The position numbers were made by a program, and so were the translations under genes. This document shows positions 39,391-51,329 of a stretch of 64,000 nt of DNA, one piece after another (position 1 is the stretch's first letter; every line of letters starts with the position of its first letter). Under the pieces are notes generated by a model. It saw nothing but the letters and a program-made list of their open reading frames with translations, had not been told where the DNA came from and did no database searches. Source of the stretch: Ignavibacteriota bacterium (GTDB lineage: Bacteria; Bacteroidota; Ignavibacteria; UBA10030); the NCBI GenBank assembly GCA_963727825.1, contig CAVSHO010000007.1:64001-128000 (forward strand), in the 5' to 3' direction.

Positions 39391-41349
39391 ATGTTTTCAT
39401 ACGCACCACTAATTATAGTCTTTCCACTTATCGGATTTTTCATTCTTGGCTTTTTCGGTTCGCGGATGAAAAATGAAAAACTCATTGGTACAATTGGCAG
39501 CGGTACAGTAGGATTTTCCTTCCTTCTTGCTTTAATCCTTTTCATACAGATGTTGGGCATTGAACCGGGACAGCGAAAGCAGTCGGTGGAATTATTCACA
39601 TGGCTCTCAACGTTCACTGGTTCAACAAGCTCGCTCACTGTTAATGTCGCTTATCAAATTGATCAGTTATCAATTCTGATGACACTCATTGTAACAGGAA
39701 TAGGATTCCTAATTCATATTTATTCCATCGGTTATATGCATAACGATGTCGGTTTCTGGCGTTTCTTTGCTTATATGAATCTCTTTATCTTTGCTATGCT
39801 GAATCTTGTTCTTGCCGATAATTTTCTATTAATGTTCCTCGGCTGGGAAGGTGTTGGGCTTTGTTCCTATTTGTTGATTGGATTCTGGTACGAAAAGAAA
39901 TATGCATGCGACGCCGCAAAGAAAGCATTCATCGTCAATCGTATCGGCGACTTCGGATTCATTCTCGGTATGCTATTGATTTTTTCCACATTTGGCAGTT
40001 TGAACTTCAGCACAGTGTTTAACTCAGCATCGCTACTATCGGTAGGGAATATGACTGCTTTATGGATTACTATGCTGCTTTTCATAGGTGCGATGGGTAA
40101 GTCGGCACAGATTCCTTTATATGTCTGGCTGCCTGATGCAATGGCTGGCCCTACGCCAGTGAGCGCATTGATCCATGCAGCAACTATGGTAACTGCCGGT
40201 GTGTATATGGTTGCACGCTGTTCAATTCTTTTCGCACTTGCTCCGGTGACAATGGAATTTATTGCAATCGTTGGTGCAGTAACGGCTGTGTTCGCGGCGA
40301 CTATTGGCTTGGTGCAGAACGATATCAAGAAAGTTCTTGCGTATTCCACAATCAGCCAGCTTGGATATATGTTTCTTGCGATGGGCGTTGCGGCATTCAG
40401 TGCCGGCATTTTTCATTTAATGACTCACGCATTTTTCAAAGCGCTCCTATTTCTTGGTTCCGGTGCAGTCATACATGCGATGAACGATGAGCAGGATATT
40501 CAGAAGATGGGCGGATTAAAAGAATACTTGCCTATAACATATAAAACATTTCTGATAGGCGCGATTGCAATTTCGGGTATCCCGCCTTTCGCCGGATTTT
40601 TTAGTAAAGATGAAATTCTCTGGAGGGCGTTTAGCAGCGAGCAAGGATCCTGGGTATTATGGCTTCTTGGAGTATTTGGAGCGGCAATGACGGCGTTCTA
40701 TATGTTTCGCCTTGTGATACTTACATTTGAAGGCAAGAAGCGATTCTCCACCAAAGTCGGATCCGCCTCTGGCGGAGATACTCATCGAATAAATCCCCAT
40801 GAAGCACCAAAGATAATGACTATACCACTCATTATTCTTGCTATATTGTCGATAGTTGGAGGGTTTGTCGGTATCCCGCACGCAAGCGTTATCGAGAATT
40901 GGCTTGAACCTGTCTTCTCACCGGCACAATATAAATTACTCTCAGGTGAACATTCCGGTGGATTGATGGAATATTTGTTGATGTTTATTTCAGTTGCAAT
41001 AGCTGTCTCTGGCATATATGCGGCGCGTTGGATATATCTACGGCGTGTAGAACTTTCTATGTCTCTTATTAAACGATATCCTCGAATTTATCGCACGTTA
41101 CTCAACAAATATTATGTGGATGAAATTTATGATGCAGTGATTGTTGATCCTACAACGAAAATAGCAAATGATATACTCTGGAAGGCGATGGATGTTACAA
41201 TGATTGACGGATCGGTCAATGGCTTAGCGAAGTGTGTTGGCGGTATTGGTCAAGTCTTGAGGAAAATTCAAAATGGTGTGGCGCAATCGTATGCAGTGGT
41301 ATTCGTCGGTGGTATTCTTTTTGTGATTACATGGCTGTTGTTGAGATAA
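39391..41349 (+). CDS. nuoL: NADH-quinone oxidoreductase subunit L
   Basis: GWEGVGLCSYLLIGFW, NRIGDFG, GKSAQIPLYVWLPDAMAGPTPVSALIHAATM and THAFFKALLFL motifs. Confidence 0.96.
   Translation: MFSYAPLIIVFPLIGFFILGFFGSRMKNEKLIGTIGSGTVGFSFLLALILFIQMLGIEPGQRKQSVELFTWLSTFTGSTSSLTVNVAYQIDQLSILMTLIVTGIGFLIHIYSIGYMHNDVGFWRFFAYMNLFIFAMLNLVLADNFLLMFLGWEGVGLCSYLLIGFWYEKKYACDAAKKAFIVNRIGDFGFILGMLLIFSTFGSLNFSTVFNSASLLSVGNMTALWITMLLFIGAMGKSAQIPLYVWLPDAMAGPTPVSALIHAATMVTAGVYMVARCSILFALAPVTMEFIAIVGAVTAVFAATIGLVQNDIKKVLAYSTISQLGYMFLAMGVAAFSAGIFHLMTHAFFKALLFLGSGAVIHAMNDEQDIQKMGGLKEYLPITYKTFLIGAIAISGIPPFAGFFSKDEILWRAFSSEQGSWVLWLLGVFGAAMTAFYMFRLVILTFEGKKRFSTKVGSASGGDTHRINPHEAPKIMTIPLIILAILSIVGGFVGIPHASVIENWLEPVFSPAQYKLLSGEHSGGLMEYLLMFISVAIAVSGIYAARWIYLRRVELSMSLIKRYPRIYRTLLNKYYVDEIYDAVIVDPTTKIANDILWKAMDVTMIDGSVNGLAKCVGGIGQVLRKIQNGVAQSYAVVFVGGILFVITWLLLR
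40747..40776. repeat. 30 bp double-hairpin palindrome in frame within nuoL
   Basis: TCCACC-AAA-GTCGGA-TCCGCC-TCT-GGCGGA encodes STKVGSASGG. Confidence 0.7.
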
Positions 41350-41368
41350 TAAAAATGGAATTGATGCG

Positions 41369-42944
41369 ATGATTTCTGAATTCATCCTGACGATAACAAT
41401 ATTTCTTCCGTTATTTTTTGCTATTGTCATTCTGTTCCTTCCAGAAAAAAACGAGCGTGTTATCAAGCTGGTTGGATTTGGAGGAACAGCACTGACTTTC
41501 ATTGTCTCGCTTGTTCTTTATTTTGGATTTGATGCAACCGTTTTGGGATTTCAATTCCAACAAAAAACTATCTGGATAAGCAGTTTGAATATCAGCTATC
41601 ATGTTGGCATTGATGGAATGTCGCTGTTGTTGATTCTACTAACAACATTCCTGACGTCAGTAGCACTCTTAGGGTACATGGAATTCCATTCAGAAGCAGA
41701 TTAAAAAATATACTGCGATGGTGCTATTGCTGGAAGTTGGGATGATTGGCGTATTTGCATCGCTCGATTTGTTTCTCTTCTATATTTTCTGGGAAGCAAT
41801 GCTTATTCCGATGTACTTTATTATCGGAATTTGGGGCGGACAAAACCGTATTTACGCTGCGGTAAAATTCTTCCTCTATACTTTATTTGGCAGCGTGTTG
41901 ATGCTTGTCGCAATTATTTCGCTTGCGTTTTTTGCATCTACTGTTCCCGGCGGAAAATTTACGACTGATTTGCTTGATCTCTATCGGTTTGCACCGCTGT
42001 TTCCTGTCAACTTGCAGATGTGGATGTTTGCAGCGTTCGGATTAAGTTTTGCCATCAAAATTCCATTGTGGCCGTTGCATACGTGGCTACCTGATGCACA
42101 TGTCGAAGCACCGACCGCTGGCAGTGTGATTCTTGCCGGCGTATTGTTAAAGATGGGCACGTACGGTTTTATCCGTTTCAATCTGCCTCTCTTCGCCGAA
42201 GCATCGCTGCGTGCAATACCACTTATGTGCACACTCGCTGTCATCGGAATCGTATATGGTGCATTGTTAGCTATGGTGCAAACCGACATAAAGAAACTTG
42301 TTGCGTATTCATCTGTCTCGCACTTGGGATTTGTAATGCTCGGAATATTTTCGATGACGGAAGAAGGATTACAAGGCGCAATCATTCAAATGATTAATCA
42401 TGGGCTTTCGACAGGTGCACTTTTCTTGCTCGTCGGCATGCTTTACGATCGTACGCACACGCGGTTGATTGCAGACTACGGCGGAGTAGCGAAGCTTATG
42501 CCGATCTTTGCGACCTTTTTCATGATTATTTCCTTTTCATCTATCGGCTTACCTGGATTAAATGGTTTCATTGGTGAATTCTTGATAATGATAGGTTCGT
42601 TCAAATCCACTTTGATAGACAATCGAATATTTACCGTTGTCGCTGGACTTGGTATTATCTTCTCGGCTGTATATATGTTGTGGATGTATCAGCGGGTGAT
42701 GTTTGGACCTGCACGCCAAGATGGCCTTTATGGCGGACATCATCTTACCGATTTGACGAAACGAGAAATCGCTGTTTTTATTCCGATTGTACTCTTCATC
42801 GTTTGGATTGGTATTTATCCGAAGCCTTTCCTTAGCAAATCCGCTCAATTGGTGAAACACACGGTCGAGCAGATGGAAAGCGTGAAGCGTGGATCGCAGA
42901 TACGATTCATCGGTTCATTACAAATTCAATCTGAAAATAAATGA
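41369..42944 (+). CDS. nuoM: NADH-quinone oxidoreductase subunit M (+1 frameshift near 41670)
   Basis: ORF 41369-41704 (YHVGIDGMS) continues in the +1 frame as GTWNSIQKQIKKYTAMV into ORF 41718-42944 (FWEAMLIP, LHTWLPDAHVEAPT, LLKMG). Confidence 0.92.
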
Positions 42945-44380
42945 AATCACAAACTAGAAATATTGTTTGGAAATTTGCAATCGCAGCCGTAATTGTAATG
43001 GTGCTGTATAATTCTTTTGGAGGTTATCTAACTACAATAGAAGTAGTGCCTGTAAACGCATGGTTTATAACCCCGTTTATTCTGTTGCTCTTAGCAATTG
43101 CTGTTATGCCATTTATTAACAGGAATTGGTGGGAAAAGAATTATCCGCTTGTTGCGTACACCTTGGGATTTATTGCGGTTTTCTATTATGCATTCTCGCT
43201 TCACAACACTCCGCGCCTTTTTCTGACATCGTATGAATACCTAAGTTTTATCTCGCTTATTGGATCGTTGTTCGTCGTGTCGGGCGGAATTCATATTCGA
43301 TTACGCGGGAAGTCAACACCGATAGGAAATGTTGCATTACTCGCGACTGGTGCGGCTGTTGCAAATATTCTTGGCACTACTGGTGCTTCAATGCTGCTTA
43401 TTCGTCCATTTTTGCGAATCAACAAATACCGTATTAAAGGTTATCACGTTGTATTTTTTATTTTTCTCGTAAGCAACATTGGCGGTGCTTTAACACCAAT
43501 TGGCGACCCGCCGTTATTTCTTGGTTTTCTAAAAGGTATTCCTTTTTTCTGGATAATCACTCGTATCTCCACGATCTGGATATTGACAATAGGAATGATC
43601 CTGCTCGTATTTTATCTGATAGATACGTACAACTTTCAGAAAGAATCGATTAAGGTAAAGAAATTAGCTGCTGAGATAGACGAGCCGGAAGTATCCGGAT
43701 TACATAATATCATATTTCTTTTAATCATTATTGCAGCAGTTTTCATAGAATCGCCTGCACCTTTGATGCTAAGAGAAGCTATTATGTGGAGCGCAGCGCT
43801 TGCATCGTTCCTGACAACAAAAAAAGAAATTCACCAGAAGAATGATTTTGACTTTGTGCCGTTGAAAGAGGTAGCAATATTGTTCGCCGGGATTTTTGCT
43901 ACTATGATTCCAGCGCTTGACTGGCTGCAATTGCATGCAGCAAGCATTGGCATTGTAACGCCAGGACAATATTTTTGGGGATCAGGAATATTATCAAGCG
44001 TACTCGATAATGTGCCGACATATTTGAATTTTCTAACCGCAGCGTTCGGATTGCACGGCGCGAATGTGGACAATGTGCAGCATATGAACTTGGTGCTTGG
44101 CCTGACAACTCCATCAGCGTCTGGTTTGCCAAACCCACTACAAACTGGTGCAATGGAGATTACATCGCAAACTTGGCGCTATGTACAGGCGATTTCAATA
44201 GGCGCCGTATTTTTTGGCGCAACCACATATATCGGTAATGGGCCGAATTTTATGGTGAAATCAATTGCTGAACAATCTGGAGTTCAGTGCCCAAGCTTCT
44301 TCGGCTATATATTTAAATACTCTTTGCCGATATTGTTTCCAATATTTGTATGTATCTGGTATATCTTTTTTAGAGTGTAG
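42941..44380 (+). CDS. Putative Na+/H+ antiporter (IT superfamily)
   Basis: GTTGASMLLIRP, SNIGGALTPIGDPPLFLG, SSVLDNVPTYL and GATTYIGNGPNFMVKSIA motifs. Confidence 0.85.
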   Translation: MKSQTRNIVWKFAIAAVIVMVLYNSFGGYLTTIEVVPVNAWFITPFILLLLAIAVMPFINRNWWEKNYPLVAYTLGFIAVFYYAFSLHNTPRLFLTSYEYLSFISLIGSLFVVSGGIHIRLRGKSTPIGNVALLATGAAVANILGTTGASMLLIRPFLRINKYRIKGYHVVFFIFLVSNIGGALTPIGDPPLFLGFLKGIPFFWIITRISTIWILTIGMILLVFYLIDTYNFQKESIKVKKLAAEIDEPEVSGLHNIIFLLIIIAAVFIESPAPLMLREAIMWSAALASFLTTKKEIHQKNDFDFVPLKEVAILFAGIFATMIPALDWLQLHAASIGIVTPGQYFWGSGILSSVLDNVPTYLNFLTAAFGLHGANVDNVQHMNLVLGLTTPSASGLPNPLQTGAMEITSQTWRYVQAISIGAVFFGATTYIGNGPNFMVKSIAEQSGVQCPSFFGYIFKYSLPILFPIFVCIWYIFFRV

Positions 44381-44403
44381 CTGTAATTTCATACTGTGCT
44401 ATT

Positions 44404-45835
44404 ATGATTATGAATTCTTATTTAAATGATATTTTTTCCAACGCGCCTGTAATGATTGTGATAGTGACAGCGCTTGCGGCTATGATAGTGGAAGCTACAC
44501 ACCGAACTAAACCGGTCGTAACTTGGTATGTCAGCTTGACTGGATTAGCCGTAGCTGCATTATTCGCTGTTGCGAATTTAAGTGTAGAAGGCCAAAGTTT
44601 TGGTGGCATGGTTCGACATGGCGGTTATGCAAATTTTTTCGGTACGCTATTTTGCATTGTTGCATTCATGACAGTCATACTTTCACGCAATTATTTTGAA
44701 CAGCAGAAATATCATCGCGGAGAATTCTATATCCTTCTGCTTTTTACCACAGTTGGTATGATGTTGATTGCTTCTGCTAATGATCTCATAATTCTTTTCC
44801 TTGGTATCGAATTAATGTCGGTTTGTCTATATGTGTTGGCAGGATTTATTCGTACCAAGGACCGTGCAAATGAGGCAGCGTTAAAGTATTTTCTGCTTGG
44901 CGCGTTCTCAACCGGATTTCTCCTCTATGGCATCGCGCTTATCTATGGCGCGGTTGGCACAACAAATCTTCTGATGATTCAAAACGTATTCGCTGTTGTA
45001 TCGACTAATCCTATTGTTTGTAATCGGCTCCGGATTATTAATTATTGGGTTGGCATTCAAAGTAGCTGCAGTACCGTTCCACATGTGGGCACCGGATGTG
45101 TACGAAGGCGCACCGACAACTGTAACGGCGTTTATGTCAACAGGAGTGAAAGCGGCAGCATTTGCGGCGTTCATCACAGTGTTCATCCGCACATTTGATT
45201 TTCTTGGCGGACGAGTAAATGAACTTATCGCTATTCTTGCCGCAGCATCAATGATTCTTGGCAATATAGTCGCGATTGCACAAACAAATATCAAACGGAT
45301 GCTCGCATATTCAAGTATTGCGCATGCCGGATATATGCTCTCCGGTATCGCCGCCGGTACACTCGATGGACAGGTGGGTGTGATGTTTTATCTCGTCGCA
45401 TATTCGATGATGAATCTCGGCGCTTTCGCCATCGTTAGTTTTATGGAACGAGAAGATGATAAAAATCTTTCGCTTGATGATTATATCGGATTAAGCCGTC
45501 AACAGCCTTTATTGGCTTTACTTATGGCTGTTTTTATGTTTGCGCTGGCTGGAGTTCCGCCATTTGCCGGATTCTTCGGCAAGTATTATGTCTTCTTAGC
45601 TGCAATTAAATCACAAATGACGTGGCTGGCAATTATAGGCGTGCTTACGAGTCTTGTGTCTGCGTATTATTATTTACGTGTCGTAGTATTGATGTATTTC
45701 CGGGAAGGGCATGCTGATGTTGTTTGCAAGCCATCGCGGGCAGCATTGGCGGTGGTTGTGGCATGTGCGGTTGCTGTGCTCACGTTTGGACTATTTCCTT
45801 CATTCATTATTCAAGTTGCTCAACGTTTCTTTTAA
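44404..45835 (+). CDS. nuoN: NADH-quinone oxidoreductase subunit N (+1 frameshift near 45013)
   Basis: GEFY, EAALKYFLLG; continues in the +1 frame as LFVIGSG..FKVAAVPFHMWAPDVYEGAPT, KRMLAYSSIAHAGY. Confidence 0.92.
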
Positions 45836-45856
45836 TTCACGAAACGGAGTTTTCTT

Positions 45857-47410
45857 ATGCAACGCATAGTTTCAGCTGAAGAAATGCGATGGTGCGATGA
45901 AACCACCATCAACACCTACGGCGTCCCCGGATTATTATTGATGGAGAATGCCGGACGCGGTGTGGTCGAAGTCATAAAACACAGAAATACCGCACTTGAA
46001 TCCAAAAAGATTCTCGTTGTTTGCGGCAAAGGTAATAATGGCGGCGATGGATTCGTTATCGCACGATTGCTTTCAAATTCATGCATGCAGATAAATGTCC
46101 TGCTGATGGCGTCACCATCTGAATTAAAGGGAGATGCAAAAAAGAATTTCATAATTTTGCAAAAGTTTGCCAAGAAATCACCTCATAAAATCACAATTCA
46201 CCGATTTTCAAAAAGAGTTCTCTCGTCAATTCCCAAACCCGATATCATTGTAGATGCTATATTTGGTACTGGTTTCTCTGGCTCTGTCCGCAAACCATTT
46301 ACAGACGTCATCGACTGGATGAATAAACAAGGAACACAAATTGTTGCGGTGGATATTCCTTCCGGTGTAAATGGGACAACCGGAGTAGTTGAGAATTGTG
46401 CAGTGCGAGCCAATATTACGGTGACATTCGGATCTATCAAATCCGGATTGCTTTGCAATCAGGGACGCGAGTTGGTTGGCTCTGTCTTTGTGATAGATAT
46501 CGGAATTCCAGACTCGATTATAAAAGATAAACGATTGCGAACTTCTCTTGTTGAACAAATGGATGTGCGCCGGGTTATTCCGGAGAGATCGATGCACGCG
46601 CATAAGTATAGTGTCGGCAAAGTGCTGGTGCTTGCCGGTTCAAAAGGACTGACAGGTGCGGCAGCGTTATGCAGTACATCTGCAATGCGTGCCGGTGCCG
46701 GTGCGGTTATGCTTGGAACACCAGAACCGGTGTACCCAATTCTTGCGCGCAAGCTGACTGAGGCGATGACTTTTCCACTTCCAGCAACGAGTGATGGAAC
46801 ATTAAGTCTTGATGCGTTTGATGGAATTCTCGAAAAACTTTCCTGGGCGGATATGCTTGTAATTGGGCCAGGATTGTCTCAAAATCTTGAAACTCAGAAA
46901 TTAATTTTCAAACTCCTACTTGAATATCGCGGAAAAATATTAGTTGACGCCGATGGATTAAATGCAATTGCCGTGAATGGAATTTCAAAGCTTCGATCCG
47001 CACGCGCGCAATTTATACTCACGCCGCACGTTGGAGAATTCTCGCGTCTCACAGGATTGCTATCGATCGAAGTTGAGCATCGCCGAATAGAAGCAGCTTA
47101 TGCTTTAGCAAAGAAAATTGGCGCAACGGTTGTGCTCAAAGGTGTTCCAACTGTTACTGCATCAATGGAAGGAATTTGTTTCCTCAACTCAACAGGAAAT
47201 CCGGGCATGGCTACTGCGGGTTCGGGCGATGTGCTCTCCGGAATTATTGCCGGTTTATGGGCGCAGGGAATGTCGGATGTAGAAGCCGCTTTTGCCGGTG
47301 TGTACTTCCACGGGCTATCGGGAGATCTTGCCGCAAAGGAAATGGGAGTGCGAGGCCTTCTGGCAAATGATCTTATTGATTATTTACCTGCCGCGATGAA
47401 ATTATCGTAA
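45857..47410 (+). CDS. nnr: Bifunctional NAD(P)H-hydrate epimerase/dehydratase
   Basis: LMENAG, GKGNNGGDG, DAIFGTG and DIPSG (YjeF_N); IGPGL, DADGLN, LTPHVGEF and GSGDVLSG (YjeF_C). Confidence 0.94.
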   Translation: MQRIVSAEEMRWCDETTINTYGVPGLLLMENAGRGVVEVIKHRNTALESKKILVVCGKGNNGGDGFVIARLLSNSCMQINVLLMASPSELKGDAKKNFIILQKFAKKSPHKITIHRFSKRVLSSIPKPDIIVDAIFGTGFSGSVRKPFTDVIDWMNKQGTQIVAVDIPSGVNGTTGVVENCAVRANITVTFGSIKSGLLCNQGRELVGSVFVIDIGIPDSIIKDKRLRTSLVEQMDVRRVIPERSMHAHKYSVGKVLVLAGSKGLTGAAALCSTSAMRAGAGAVMLGTPEPVYPILARKLTEAMTFPLPATSDGTLSLDAFDGILEKLSWADMLVIGPGLSQNLETQKLIFKLLLEYRGKILVDADGLNAIAVNGISKLRSARAQFILTPHVGEFSRLTGLLSIEVEHRRIEAAYALAKKIGATVVLKGVPTVTASMEGICFLNSTGNPGMATAGSGDVLSGIIAGLWAQGMSDVEAAFAGVYFHGLSGDLAAKEMGVRGLLANDLIDYLPAAMKLS

Positions 47411-48132
47411 CCTTCCGAGGTCTCGATAGGTCTTAAATGACCTTCGGAAGGTTCTTGGGAGGTATCACAAAACATGAAATATAAGGACCAATCATACTAC
47501 CATATTTACAATAGGGGCGCGCATAAAGAGAATATTTTCTTCTCCGATGAGCATTACCTTCGGTGTCTGAACCTTTTAGAGAAATATTCCACAAAATATT
47601 CGGTATCGATCATTGCTTATTGTCTTATGCCCAATCATTATCATTTGGTAATTCGGCAAAATGAGAACGGTTCAATCTCTCGTTGCATTCAAACTACGTT
47701 CAATGCGTGTTCACAAACGGTTAATCTGATGGAGCAGCACAGCGGTACCTTATTCCAGGGAAAGGCAAAGGCAAAACAGATCGATTCGGAATCCTCTCTG
47801 ATACAGGTAATTCGTTACGTGCATCTTAATCCGGTAAGAGCCGGATTTGTGCAAAGACCGGAAGATTGGCACTTTTCTGATTATCTCGATTGGATTCTGT
47901 CACCTTCCGAAGGTCACGGTAGATCTGAATTGACCTTCGGAAGGTCATCAATGTGTAATACTTATTTTGCAAATGTGGAAGATTATAAGCAATTTGTCGG
48001 AGGAATACCAGACGATGCAGAAAGAGAATGACCTTCAAAAGTTTTTATTTGATGAAAAATAATGTCCGTTACCTTCCGAAGGCCAGTTACCTTCCGAAGG
48101 ACACAGCGAACCGAACAGTTCCTTCGGAAGGT
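47409..48132. repeat. REP cluster with core (A)CCTTC(C/G)GAAGG(T) around and inside the RAYT gene
   Basis: Copies at 47409-22, 47439-53, 47902-16, 47931-45, 48068-82, 48086-100 and 48121-32, arranged mainly as inverted pairs. Confidence 0.8.
47474..48031 (+). mobile_element. REP-associated tyrosine transposase (RAYT, Y1 HUH family)
   Basis: YYHIYNRG, AYCLMPNHYHL (HUH), G.LFQG and YVHLNPVRAG motifs; flanked by REPs. Confidence 0.88.
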
Positions 48133-48299
48133 TGCCTACCTGCTACGATGCAACTAATTTAGGCGGACTCTGCGTTCATCACGATCGTGAAGACAATAAT
48201 CTAATCTACGAGATAATGGCTTGCTATTATGCTTCCATTCGTTTTATTGGAAAATATTTGGTAATTTAAAAATGCTTGTTATAGCTTCATTAAAGGGAC

Positions 48300-49514
48300 A
48301 TGGCAAAGTCAATACCAGCGATAGTAACACCTAAGCTTCTCAAATGGGCACGGGAAGAAACTGGCTTTTTACTAGAAGATGTAGCAGAAAAGCTCAAGCG
48401 ACCGTTTGAAGAAATCCGTTCTTGGGAAACCAATAAAGAGACTCCGCCAACCCTACGACAAGCAGAAAAGCTTGCGAAACTTTACCGAACATCATATTCT
48501 GTTTTTACATTACCAGAACCTCCAAGAACAATACCACTTGCAACAGAGTACAGGCGATTACCGAATGTTATCCCAGGAGAAGAATCTCCGGACCTTCGAT
48601 TTGCGTTGCGGGAGTTATTGTTCCGCAGGCGCGTTGCTCTGGAACTCATGGAAGAAATGGGAAATATATCAGAGAGATTTTCTCTCACCGCCAGACTCTC
48701 CGAAAATTCAGAAGAGATGTCAAAACGTATTCGCAAATTACTTGGCATTTCGATTGAACTACAACACAAGTGGGAAAACGATTCGCAAGCATGGAAAGCT
48801 TGGAGAGATGCAATAGAAGCACTGGACGTATTAGTCTTTGTATTTTCGGATGTTGATCAAGAAGAGGTGCGGGGAGTATCACTTTTTCATTCCACGCTTC
48901 CGGTTATTGGCGTTAACAGCAAAGAAATTCCTTCTTCACGGCCGTTCACATTACTGCATGAGTTTATTCATATCCTTTTCGCAAATGGTGAAGAAGAAAA
49001 AGCGGCACAGGATGAGAAACGAACAGAAGCTGAGTGGAAGAAACTAGAAGAATTTACTGAAAAGATAGCCGGTGGAATTTTAATGCCTTTGGAGTATATA
49101 CTTACAGAAGAAATGGTGAAAACGCGATCAGCTTCTGCTATTTGGAGTATAGAGGAGATTCAAAGATTAGCACGACGCTATAAGGTAACACCGAAAGCAT
49201 TTGCTACACGGTTGCTTTCTATTGGGAAAATGAATCCAGCTTCATATCACCAATGGAACGATGATTGGAGAAAATATATTGAAAATCATCCTTTCAAAGG
49301 CGGTGGAATTGCAACTCCAGCAGAAAAAGCATTGAATAAGAATGGAACAGCATATACCACGTTAGTAATTGATGCACTCAACATGGAACGCATTACGCCG
49401 GTTGAAGCATCGAGGTATTTAAATCTCCATTATCCACACGTAGAGGAATTGCGGCTTCATTTTTCATTCGGAAGGCCATTACCAACTTATAGGAAAACGA
49501 AAGGGGAAGGCTAA
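48300..49514 (+). CDS. XRE-HTH + ImmA/IrrE (DUF955) metallopeptidase
   Basis: LKWAREETG..VAEKL..WE..PTLRQAEKLA HTH; R.FTLLHEFIH HExxH zinc motif. Confidence 0.9.
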   Translation: MAKSIPAIVTPKLLKWAREETGFLLEDVAEKLKRPFEEIRSWETNKETPPTLRQAEKLAKLYRTSYSVFTLPEPPRTIPLATEYRRLPNVIPGEESPDLRFALRELLFRRRVALELMEEMGNISERFSLTARLSENSEEMSKRIRKLLGISIELQHKWENDSQAWKAWRDAIEALDVLVFVFSDVDQEEVRGVSLFHSTLPVIGVNSKEIPSSRPFTLLHEFIHILFANGEEEKAAQDEKRTEAEWKKLEEFTEKIAGGILMPLEYILTEEMVKTRSASAIWSIEEIQRLARRYKVTPKAFATRLLSIGKMNPASYHQWNDDWRKYIENHPFKGGGIATPAEKALNKNGTAYTTLVIDALNMERITPVEASRYLNLHYPHVEELRLHFSFGRPLPTYRKTKGEG

Positions 49515-49990
49515 TGTATTCTGTCGATACTAATATTTTTGTTGATTGGTGGGAAAGACGTTATCCACCGGATGTTTTCCCCTGTGTCCAAAAAGCAATG
49601 GAACTTCTTGTCAGTCAAGATAAACTATTAGCGCCTGAAAGAGTCCTAGAAGAAATAATTGGGAATGTTGGATCAAAAGATTTACAGAATTGGGCAAAAC
49701 AGCACAAATCCATTTTTGTACCACATGAAACTGATTTACAATTAGAAGCTCAGCAAATTCTTATAGATTATCCTGATCTTATTGATACAACAACACCATT
49801 TGATGAAGCCGATCGCTGGGTAATTGCACTTGCAAAAATTAACAACTTTGTGGTTGTTACCCACGAGACTTCGGTACGGAAAAAGAAAAACCCACTGCGC
49901 AAACTATACATTCCCGATGTATGTCGATTGCTTGGTATCCGATGTGTAGAATTTCTTGAATTAATGCGAATGGAAGGTTGGAATTTTTAA
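49514..49990 (+). CDS. DUF4411-like PIN-domain protein
   Basis: YSVDTNIF, RYPPDVFP, ADRWVIALA..VVTHE and IPDVC motifs; TAATG translational coupling. Confidence 0.85.
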   Translation: MYSVDTNIFVDWWERRYPPDVFPCVQKAMELLVSQDKLLAPERVLEEIIGNVGSKDLQNWAKQHKSIFVPHETDLQLEAQQILIDYPDLIDTTTPFDEADRWVIALAKINNFVVVTHETSVRKKKNPLRKLYIPDVCRLLGIRCVEFLELMRMEGWNF

Positions 49991-50056
49991 CTATATTCTC
50001 TTTTTGTTATTCAGTATCCAACTTTCTGAGAATTGGATTCCTCAACATTAAACCAT

Positions 50057-50085
50057 TTGACAACTGCCCATTTTCTGTCTATATT
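50057..50085 (+). promoter_or_regulatory. Sigma70-type promoter for tgt
   Basis: TTGACA-17 bp-TATATT. Confidence 0.65.
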
Positions 50086-50156
50086 TTATTAGAAGAAATT
50101 GAAATAATCTCTTATTCAGCCGCAGGAATTCTCTTCTGCGGTTTTTTAATAGATAG

Positions 50157-51311
<1,155 letters not shown>

Positions 51312-51329
51312 ATATAACAGGAGGATACA

